Below, in pieces: positions 45,115 through 52,653 of a stretch of DNA of 64,000 nucleotides. The position numbers and the translations under genes are program-made. The notes under the pieces are model-generated. The model was not told the DNA's origin, did not search any database, and was given only the letters and a program-made list of their open reading frames with translations. Source of the stretch: an uncultured Clostridia bacterium (GTDB lineage: Bacteria; Bacillota; Clostridia; TANB77; CAG-465); contig CAKPJL010000003.1 in the NCBI GenBank assembly GCA_934162655.1, forward strand, positions 1,714 to 65,713, written 5' to 3'. The first letter of the stretch is position 1. Each line of letters begins with the position of its first letter.

Positions 45115-46446
45115 TTAATAGCCAAAAAGTTCTCTTCTTGTGGCTAAAAATTCCTCCATATACCATATCGGTACAAAGCCTGCAAATAAATCATTATCTG
45201 CTTTATATTTTTTAAATGTGTCATCACTTGGATCATAGAATATATATTCTGTATTTGTATATCCACAAAGAAGCATATACTTTGTAGAAGAAGAAAAATA
45301 AGTTTCTGAAGAATAACCTGATATTTTTGAAGTTGAGTCTTTATACATAACTTCAATTGTTTTTGGTTTATGATTTTCTTCAATAGCACATACTATAACA
45401 TTACCTTTCCTTATATGTTGCTTTACTCCTTCAAAATTATCATAATAGCCTAGAAAAGGATCTCCAACAACATTATTTATTTTATTAACCTCGCAATAAT
45501 CTACAAAAGTAGAAATTATTGTGTTATAAATACAGGGACTACCTAATATAAATTCCTTATGTGTCGGATCACCTATATACACCCCATTAATATAGGCATC
45601 TACATACCACTTTCCTTCCTTCCTATATGGTTCTCTTATAAATACATGCTCGAAGAGATCCTTTGGCATTACATCAATGCCATAATTTCTCATCATCATA
45701 GCAAGGCATACCATTGGTGTACCAGTAGGATATCCTACTTCCTCATTAGTGATCTTTTCGAAATCCACAATAAATTCACCATTTTTACCGTTCGTTTTAG
45801 CAGATTTAACAGTAGAATAATCGCTTTTGTATACCTTACCATTTATGACCTTTGCAGACTTTATCTTAAAATAGTATGTGGTAAAACCTTCAAGCTTTGA
45901 AACAGTGTAACTTTTCTTTGTTACATATCCAAGACTTTTATAGGTTCCATTCTTTGATGTAGACATATAAATATAGTATCTATCTGCACCATCAACTGCA
46001 TTCCAAGATAAATTAATCTTAGAGTCACTTACGGTTTTGGCTGTTACCTTTGGTGCTTTTAAATTTACCACAGTTTTTGTAACCATGGATGAATAAGCAG
46101 AACGCTTGGTAACTTTGCCCTTTTGGTTTATGGACACAGCCTTTACTTTGTAGTAGTATTTTCCATACTCTTTAACTTCTGTATCTTTATAATACAGCTT
46201 TTCAGTCTTTGCATAGAGCTTTAAACTTCCTTTTGAAGTATCACGCCGATACACATAGTACATATCTGCACCGTCAACTTCACTCCATGAAAGCTTTATC
46301 GCCGGAGTGGTAAGAAGACTTATTGATACTTTAGGAGTGCCAAGCTCATCGTTTGTCTTTGCCGCTGCTGTATCAATAGCAAAGAGCGACATCATGGTAA
46401 CTATTACCATGACAAGGGATAAATACCGTAAAAATCTTTTTTTCAT
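45115..46446 (-). CDS. Secreted protein: two fibronectin type III-like domains plus C-terminal C39-like (papain-fold) peptidase-like domain
   Basis: 443 aa. Signal peptide ..AIDTAAA|KT. Two repeats (IKLSWSEVDGADMYYVYRR..YYYKVKAV and INLSWNAVDGADRYYIYMS..YYFKIKSA). C-terminal GYPTGTPMVCLAMMMRNYGI ... YMLLCGYTNTEYIFYDPSD. Confidence 0.55.
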   Translation of the reverse strand: MKKRFLRYLSLVMVIVTMMSLFAIDTAAAKTNDELGTPKVSISLLTTPAIKLSWSEVDGADMYYVYRRDTSKGSLKLYAKTEKLYYKDTEVKEYGKYYYKVKAVSINQKGKVTKRSAYSSMVTKTVVNLKAPKVTAKTVSDSKINLSWNAVDGADRYYIYMSTSKNGTYKSLGYVTKKSYTVSKLEGFTTYYFKIKSAKVINGKVYKSDYSTVKSAKTNGKNGEFIVDFEKITNEEVGYPTGTPMVCLAMMMRNYGIDVMPKDLFEHVFIREPYRKEGKWYVDAYINGVYIGDPTHKEFILGSPCIYNTIISTFVDYCEVNKINNVVGDPFLGYYDNFEGVKQHIRKGNVIVCAIEENHKPKTIEVMYKDSTSKISGYSSETYFSSSTKYMLLCGYTNTEYIFYDPSDDTFKKYKADNDLFAGFVPIWYMEEFLATRRELFGY

Positions 46447-46520
46447 GTTTATTCCTCCTTATGAAATAAATCATTAAGTGAATTATTAATTCCACTTTTT
46501 TCCAATTACTTACATGGTAT

Positions 46521-46549
46521 ATTATATCATATTTTGTATAAAAAGTCAA
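46521..46549 (-). promoter_or_regulatory. Consensus sigma-A promoter for 45115..46446
   Basis: TTGACT, 17 nt, TATAAT on the minus strand. Confidence 0.6.
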
Positions 46550-46573
46550 TATTTTATGTAAACATAATATAAA

Positions 46574-46609
46574 GTAAAATAAAAGATAGAAATTTTAACT
46601 TCTATCTTT
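46574..46609 (-). terminator. Terminator closing the Tad-like operon
   Basis: AAAGATAGAA / TTCTATCTTT stem overlapping the stop of 46609..48012, followed by TTTATTTT on the minus strand. Confidence 0.65.
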
Positions 46610-48012
46610 TATTCAATTATAAGTTCTTCATCATTTTTTTGATTTAATGTTATTCCATCTATTTTTTCGTCTATCTTTTGTAAATAGATATTTCCTTCCC
46701 AAACATACATAATAACACTTGATACATTTGGCTTATCAATTACAGTATCTATATAAAACTCATACTTATTTTTGTCATATACAATTACATTCTCATTATT
46801 TTCACTGTCTAAATACAATATATTTTCTTTTGTATCTGAACTTATAATTTCAAATGATAATTTTGTTCTAATTCTATAATTTTCTCCATCATAATACATT
46901 ATTGGTAATTGTGAAACTCCGCTTCCTTTTATTTTTATTTTATTGTCTTTTACATGCTTTACATATTTATCCAAAATTGTAGATTGTGTTGAAAATAGGC
47001 CATATTCTTCTAGTTCTTCTTGCATTTTGGCTTTGTCTATTGTTTCATAATCTATGTTCAAAATTATACTATAATATCTATCAACGATATTAGAAATAGT
47101 AGAATATACACTTCTTTCTTTTACAAATAAGTCAATTGGGGAAATAAATTCTTTTTCATCTTTTACTATTAAGTCTTTTTCGTATGCCTCTTTTGCTACA
47201 TCAAACAAAATATAAGAATACTTATCACTATTAGAAGGTATTTTATCTTCACTTATATTGAATTTTTTTCCTTTTGGTATTAATAGATTATATTGTTTAA
47301 TAATATCACAAGTAAGCTTATTTATTTCTCCTTTATGCATTTTTTTATTTGGATTTATTTTCCCGTTACTATTTTCCAATACTTTTGTTGCAACAAGATC
47401 TGACAATGCATATAATTGCTCAGGAGTAATTTGTGAAATATCACTATAATTTGGATAGACACTGGTATCTAAATTTGCACCTACAAGTTTTACTCTAGCT
47501 TTTGAAAAATACTCTATAAATTCAATAAATGTAATCTTATTTCCTTCATTTTTTTTATTTATTTGTTCTTCTGATATAATGCCATTTTCTACTGCATATT
47601 CAACCCATAATTGATTATCATATTCTTTTTCTATACTGATGAAATTATCTAAATCTACAAGATTTGTAATAGAAGATACAATAATTTTTATTGCTTCTGA
47701 CTTGGTAACACTTTCAAAACTAGTCGATTTAGAATTATTATACATCTGTGATAAGCCATATTTATCCATTTGTTTTGCATAATCATTATATTTAGAATAT
47801 TTTATTACTTTTGCCAAAAATATTATACCTATTATTAGAGCTATGGCAATAATTGCTGATAATACAATTAGTATTAATCTCTTATTTAATAATTTTTTAT
47901 TTTTACCCTCTTTTTTTGGGTTATTTTCTTTTTTATCTTTATTTTCTTTTTTTGCTACACTTTCCTGCTTAACCTTCATATATGCAGGAACTATTTTTTC
48001 ACTATCTGCCAT
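46609..48012 (-). CDS. Hypothetical bitopic membrane protein, last gene of the Tad-like operon
   Basis: 467 aa. Lys-rich cytoplasmic N-tail, TM LILIVLSAIIAIALIIGIIFLA, large extracytoplasmic part. RBS TAGGAGGT overlaps the previous stop. Confidence 0.55.
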   Translation of the reverse strand: MADSEKIVPAYMKVKQESVAKKENKDKKENNPKKEGKNKKLLNKRLILIVLSAIIAIALIIGIIFLAKVIKYSKYNDYAKQMDKYGLSQMYNNSKSTSFESVTKSEAIKIIVSSITNLVDLDNFISIEKEYDNQLWVEYAVENGIISEEQINKKNEGNKITFIEFIEYFSKARVKLVGANLDTSVYPNYSDISQITPEQLYALSDLVATKVLENSNGKINPNKKMHKGEINKLTCDIIKQYNLLIPKGKKFNISEDKIPSNSDKYSYILFDVAKEAYEKDLIVKDEKEFISPIDLFVKERSVYSTISNIVDRYYSIILNIDYETIDKAKMQEELEEYGLFSTQSTILDKYVKHVKDNKIKIKGSGVSQLPIMYYDGENYRIRTKLSFEIISSDTKENILYLDSENNENVIVYDKNKYEFYIDTVIDKPNVSSVIMYVWEGNIYLQKIDEKIDGITLNQKNDEELIIE

Positions 48013-48021
48013 ACGTACCTC

Positions 48022-49299
48022 CTAAGGCATACACACCGGACATGGATAAAATCCTATTACATTTCTTTGTTCACCACTTTTTGGTTTATATACACCTACA
48101 ACTGATGTAGCTTGCTGCTTTGTAGTAACATATATTGGTGTTACATCTTCATGTATAGAGTTAATATACTCTGGACATTTTACATTAGAGTGATATAAAT
48201 TTTTGGAAAATTTAGATCCAACTAAATTTCCTTTTGCATCTTTTTTAGGAATACTTAAATAATATCTATTAACAAGTTCTAGTCTTGAAACACTATATGC
48301 TTGTGTATCTAAGTATTTATTACCAACAGAAATACCTTGAACAAAAGCAAATATTCCTACTTCATCTATATAGTCTCCCATTTTTGCTTCTTCAATTTGT
48401 GGAAAAACAAAATCATAAGTTATACCAGAATTTGATGCATAAAAATTATTGGAATTTACGGAATAAGCTAGTTCATCAGTAATTGTTTTTATAATTACTT
48501 GGTCTTTTACAGCTTTTAGGTGGTTTACTATTTTTTCTAACATCTTTAAGTTTTCGCTATCTTCTTCACTACTGCCTTTATATAAATCTTTATTATTTAT
48601 TATATCATTTGCAGTGCTTACATTTCCTTCTACTAATGTTCCTTTTCTTGTATCAGCTAAATAAAAAGACCATTTTTTTAGTTCACTACTTCCTCTTTTT
48701 CCCACTACATATCCCCTATGAGTAACATAGTCATCCATAGTAAATTCTATTGTGTGGCATGATAATATCTTATCTTTATTTCCACTATATTCTTCTGCAT
48801 TTACTATCTTATAAAGTTTATCTTCATCTTTTTCATTTATAATGTAATAGGTATAAGTATAATATTTTTTAGGTTTTATAGCATGTTCAATGACAGTTGT
48901 ATTATCCCTGCTATACTCTTCTACCGATGAAATATATACACCATTGTAATCTATAATAGCAAGTGCTGGAACAAATAATTGAAGATAACTCTGAGCACTA
49001 ACATTTCCTTTTACACCAAAATTATTATATAATGCTTCAAAAAATGTACTTGCAGCAACATTAGCATTAACACTAATTTTTTTGTCTTCTTCTCCAGAAT
49101 ACCCATAGTCTATATCTTTATCTTCATTTTCAACTTCTTTCATCATGGCTGTTGCATCTTCTATTGCTGAGTTTATAAGCTGTTCATAATACATTTCTTG
49201 TTCTTCTGCCTTTATCGTATATGAGACATTTATATATACAACTATAATTATAGGCAAAGTTATTGCTATAAATATCATAGCAAAGTCTGTTATTTTCAA
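48022..49299 (-). CDS. Hypothetical N-terminally anchored protein (425 aa), Tad-like operon
   Basis: TTG start behind GAGGTGGA. MKITDFAMIFIAITLPIIIVVYINV hydrophobic N-terminus. C-terminal Cys motifs VKCPEY...CPVCMP. Confidence 0.55.
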   Translation of the reverse strand: MKITDFAMIFIAITLPIIIVVYINVSYTIKAEEQEMYYEQLINSAIEDATAMMKEVENEDKDIDYGYSGEEDKKISVNANVAASTFFEALYNNFGVKGNVSAQSYLQLFVPALAIIDYNGVYISSVEEYSRDNTTVIEHAIKPKKYYTYTYYIINEKDEDKLYKIVNAEEYSGNKDKILSCHTIEFTMDDYVTHRGYVVGKRGSSELKKWSFYLADTRKGTLVEGNVSTANDIINNKDLYKGSSEEDSENLKMLEKIVNHLKAVKDQVIIKTITDELAYSVNSNNFYASNSGITYDFVFPQIEEAKMGDYIDEVGIFAFVQGISVGNKYLDTQAYSVSRLELVNRYYLSIPKKDAKGNLVGSKFSKNLYHSNVKCPEYINSIHEDVTPIYVTTKQQATSVVGVYKPKSGEQRNVIGFYPCPVCMP

Positions 49300-49336
49300 T
49301 TATTCCACCTCACTTTCTTTACTCTAAACACATATA

Positions 49337-49906
49337 CTAAATAGCATAATATCTAGCATCAATTACCTTCCATGCTTCATTTTTAACAAATCCTCCATAA
49401 TTTACAACAATTCTATCTTTTGTAGAAGTTGAAATTATTGAATTAAATAATGCCCCTGCAAGAGTTGTATTAGAATTTTTTAACTTTACATAGAATTGGT
49501 CTCCTTGGTTTAATGTGTACATACCATTTTTTACTTTTTTTACATCAAGCGTTGCGGATTTTGTATCTTGCCCAATAATATCAAAAATATCATCTGTATA
49601 ATCAATTCTATATTGAGTAATATGAAGCGAACTGTTCTCTGGGTCTGGTGTTATTACTTGTCTATGAGCTTCTATTTGAATATCATACAAATTATTTGTA
49701 TTAGAAAGAGCTTGTACAAAATCGTTGTACATTTCTTCATCTAAATATCCATTATTTAAAACCTTTTCCACAAATGTTGTTGTCTTTCGAAGTGCAAGAT
49801 TATATGACATATCATCTTGTCTTTCAAAAAAATTATATACAGGAAACAATACTACAAGTGTAACAAATACTATCATTAATATTATAATACTTAAATTATC
49901 TTTCAT
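49337..49906 (-). CDS. Hypothetical N-terminally anchored protein, paralog of 50825..51592
   Basis: 189 aa. IIILMIVFVTLVVLFPVYNFFERQDDMSYNLALRKTTTFVEKVLNNGYLDEEMYNDFV aligns residue-for-residue with the 255-aa paralog. Shared C-terminal GD.F.V.L.N.N.T.A..LF......S....R...NYGG..KNE. Confidence 0.6.
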   Translation of the reverse strand: MKDNLSIIILMIVFVTLVVLFPVYNFFERQDDMSYNLALRKTTTFVEKVLNNGYLDEEMYNDFVQALSNTNNLYDIQIEAHRQVITPDPENSSLHITQYRIDYTDDIFDIIGQDTKSATLDVKKVKNGMYTLNQGDQFYVKLKNSNTTLAGALFNSIISTSTKDRIVVNYGGFVKNEAWKVIDARYYAI

Positions 49907-49930
49907 TTATAGAAATTGCCTCCTTTTTTA

Positions 49931-50395
49931 TTACACATTTATTTTTGCAAGTTCATCTTTGTTTGCTTTTTTTATTAGAATATCTATTTGATACTTTCCA
50001 CTTCCAGAACTAGTAACTTTTTGGTACTTCAAATAATACTTTGAAGCTGGATCTACCAAATTTACAAGTTCATAATATGTAGTTGTATTTGGTATATTAA
50101 ATGATTTTCCATTTTCATCTTGTAAATTTATATTATAGTTATAAACTAAATTTGAATCTTTATCTAAAATATAATTATAATAATATGATATAAGTTGATT
50201 GCCTGTAACTACTCTATATGATGTAGTTGGCACATTCTCAATCAAAGCTTTATCTTCTATTTTCTTTCCGTAATTATATGATGTTTCAGCATAGCTATTA
50301 ACCATATAAAACATTGTTATTGTAGTACTTAGTGCTATTATAAATACAAATATATATGCTGCCATATACATTGCTTCATTAGCATTTTCGCTCAT
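49931..50395 (-). CDS. Pilin-like protein 4 (minor), Tad-like operon
   Basis: 154 aa with RBS GGAGAGGA. MSENANEAMYMAAYIFVFIIALSTTITMFYMV: a short polar leader directly followed by a ~22-aa hydrophobic helix. Confidence 0.5.
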   Translation of the reverse strand: MSENANEAMYMAAYIFVFIIALSTTITMFYMVNSYAETSYNYGKKIEDKALIENVPTTSYRVVTGNQLISYYYNYILDKDSNLVYNYNINLQDENGKSFNIPNTTTYYELVNLVDPASKYYLKYQKVTSSGSGKYQIDILIKKANKDELAKINV

Positions 50396-50410
50396 AACTA
50401 TCCTCTCCTA

Positions 50411-50803
50411 TTATTTTATATCTGTAAAAAATATATTTGCACCATCATCTATTCTTTGACAAGTAACACTAAACTTTCTTTTATAAAAATCAAATTTAGT
50501 CTTGTCGTCTTTTTCCTTTGATAAAATAAACTCTTCTTTTATGATGTTATTATTATAATATACATTTACAATTGCATCATTTTTATATTTATTGTAAGTA
50601 TTAATAAGCTCAAGTCCTGTCATTTCAGTATTATCATACATATCAAAACTAGTAAGTCCTTGCCTTATTGATATATCTGTCTTATCAACCGTTTTGTATA
50701 TATCTCTAAAATAACCAATGACCATAATTATAGAGGAAGTTATAGCAATTGTTACAAGTAAAGATACTGATATCATTATAGCTTTATTTGAAATTTCTGA
50801 CAT
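50411..50803 (-). CDS. Pilin-like protein 3 (minor), Tad-like operon
   Basis: 130 aa with RBS AAAGGAGGA. MSEISNKAIMISVSLLVTIAITSSIIMVIGYF. Confidence 0.5.
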   Translation of the reverse strand: MSEISNKAIMISVSLLVTIAITSSIIMVIGYFRDIYKTVDKTDISIRQGLTSFDMYDNTEMTGLELINTYNKYKNDAIVNVYYNNNIIKEEFILSKEKDDKTKFDFYKRKFSVTCQRIDDGANIFFTDIK

Positions 50804-50824
50804 ATATTTCCTCCTTTAATTATA

Positions 50825-51592
50825 CTAAAAAGCCTTATATTCTTCGTTTTTAATTGTTGCACCATAATTTATATAAACGCGTGGGACCTGAGAAGTTGAA
50901 CTAGAAAAAGTTAGTGCATCAAATAATATTGAAGCAAATGTAATATTTGTGTTTCTTATTATAACTCCAAATTCATCCCCAACAGTCATCGTATATATTG
51001 GTTTTCCATCTTTATCTTTATAATTTAATGGTTTATATGGCATATCTTTTTTATTTATAGCCATATATTCTTTTTCAGTCATTTCGAAATAACTCTTTTG
51101 ATTTACCTGTGCTAAGTAATTTAAAATTTGTTCTTGACCATATATTATATTTGATAATTTATATGTAAGCTCAAATGAATAATTTTTTGTGTCGTATGTA
51201 ATAGTCTTACCATCAAATGTTTTAGCAATTATTCCATTTTTCTCTAAATCTTTGCTTGTGTATTGTGACTCATATATGCTATATTCTAATGTATCAACTA
51301 ATACATTTTTATTATCATACACATTTATAACCGGATTATATGTTTTTGAAATATGCTGAAGCTCAATATCATATGAGTTATTAGTCGCGGCAAGTTCTGA
51401 CACAAATTCATCATACATTTCTTGTGTTAAATAACCCTTTGATTTAACTTGATTAACAAAAGTAGAAGTTATTTTAAGTGCAAGTGTATATGATACATCA
51501 TCTCTTTTTTCAAATGTCATATAAATCGGTAGTATAAAAAATACTAGTGTTGCAAAGATAATAGCAAATATTCTTTGAACAACCTCTTCCAT
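50825..51592 (-). CDS. Hypothetical N-terminally anchored protein, paralog of 49337..49906
   Basis: 255 aa with RBS TAGGAGGA. IFAIIFATLVFFILPIYMTFEKRDDVSYTLALKITSTFVNQVKSKGYLTQEMYDEFV. Confidence 0.6.
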   Translation of the reverse strand: MEEVVQRIFAIIFATLVFFILPIYMTFEKRDDVSYTLALKITSTFVNQVKSKGYLTQEMYDEFVSELAATNNSYDIELQHISKTYNPVINVYDNKNVLVDTLEYSIYESQYTSKDLEKNGIIAKTFDGKTITYDTKNYSFELTYKLSNIIYGQEQILNYLAQVNQKSYFEMTEKEYMAINKKDMPYKPLNYKDKDGKPIYTMTVGDEFGVIIRNTNITFASILFDALTFSSSTSQVPRVYINYGATIKNEEYKAF

Positions 51593-51607
51593 AAATTCCT
51601 CCTAATT

Positions 51608-51976
51608 TTAATCAATTGCTGTAATTTTTATATCTGTTACTGAATCATCTACAACTATTTTAAATTTTTCATTTGGTTTTACAATACTTTTAAATTCATA
51701 AGGTGTATAAGTAGTCTTTCCAACATTTATAGTAATTTTTACTGCACTATTTTGTTCAAAATAGTTTATTAAGTTTATAACATCTGTACCATAAGCATTT
51801 TCTTTTAAAAATATATCTCTTATATAAGAATCATAATTTTCATATAGCTTACTTTGTGAGTTGAGTGAACTTACTCCCTCTTTTGCGGTATTATAATATG
51901 TTAAAACAAGGGAAATAGTAACAATTGCTACTAAAACACTAACTCCAATTGTAATTGCTCTTATAGCATTATCCAT
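51608..51976 (-). CDS. Pilin-like protein 2 (minor), Tad-like operon
   Basis: ORF 51608..51988. The GTG at 51988 lies in the AGGTGGA RBS. ATG 51976 gives MDNAIRAITIGVSVLVAIVTISLVL, parallel to the MDNAQKAIMIGVGLF.. start of the major candidate. Confidence 0.55.
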   Translation of the reverse strand: MDNAIRAITIGVSVLVAIVTISLVLTYYNTAKEGVSSLNSQSKLYENYDSYIRDIFLKENAYGTDVINLINYFEQNSAVKITINVGKTTYTPYEFKSIVKPNEKFKIVVDDSVTDIKITAID

Positions 51977-52012
51977 AAATGTTTCCACCTACCTTTATTT
52001 TGTATATACTTA

Positions 52013-52119
52013 AAAAGAAGTATTTTTTATAAATACTCTATTTTAAATACATACTTCTTTTGTACTTATTTTTTAGTACAAAAGGTATATAACTATATTT
52101 TAGTATAATTATATACCTT
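52013..52119 (-). terminator. Cluster of three hairpins downstream of the major pilin-like gene (attenuator/terminator)
   Basis: 11-bp stem AAGGTATATAA/TTATATACCTT (52082..52119), GTACT..AGTAC (52062..52079), and 9-bp stem AAGAAGTAT/ATACTTCTT (52013..52060) followed by TTT. This is the only gap over 60 nt inside the operon. Confidence 0.5.
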
Positions 52120-52128
52120 AAAAATTAA

Positions 52129-52593
52129 TTATTTAATTCCTTGCTTTTTGAATGAAATACCTACTACTGCATCATTTATTTTTATTAAACTTGCATCATA
52201 CTTTGCAGTTGTAACTATATAATAGCTCATGTCAGAAGTAGATGTTAATTTTCCAACTGCTGGCACATCACTATTAACACTAGTAGATTTTCCGTCAGAA
52301 ATTAATCCACCAAGATTTACTGTTTTACCATTTACATTTGTTAGTTCAATCGCCATTTTAGAGTCACCATGATACTTTTTAACTGAAGCAAGCACTTGTG
52401 AGCCAGTCATAACAGTACCATCATATTCTTGTGTTAATTGCTTTTGTAATTGTGCTGACATAGCAGAAAGTTCACCTGTTGCATTATTTGCAAGTTCTTG
52501 TCCCATACCAGTAACAACCATTACAATTGCTATAATTATGATTGTTATGAAAAGTCCAACACCAATCATAATCGCTTTTTGTGCATTATCCAT
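52129..52593 (-). CDS. Major pilin-like protein candidate, Tad-like operon
   Basis: 154 aa with strong RBS AAGGAGGAAAAAATA. MDNAQKAIMIGVGLFITIIIIAIVMVVTG, then a Ser/Thr/Gly-rich globular part. First structural gene after the platform gene, flanked by hairpins, and visibly less AT-rich than its neighbours. Confidence 0.55.
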   Translation of the reverse strand: MDNAQKAIMIGVGLFITIIIIAIVMVVTGMGQELANNATGELSAMSAQLQKQLTQEYDGTVMTGSQVLASVKKYHGDSKMAIELTNVNGKTVNLGGLISDGKSTSVNSDVPAVGKLTSTSDMSYYIVTTAKYDASLIKINDAVVGISFKKQGIK

Positions 52594-52653
52594 TATTTTT
52601 TCCTCCTTATTTTTTATATATTAAACACAAATATATTGTGTCTAAAACTTTTA

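Noticed and set aside
45020-45166. 49-codon N-terminal extension of the giant ORF, overlapping the end of 45115..46446.
   Set aside because: The extension runs through a perfect 15-bp terminator and a promoter-like TTGATT/TATACT pair. ATG 45019 has a good RBS and yields a classical signal peptide.
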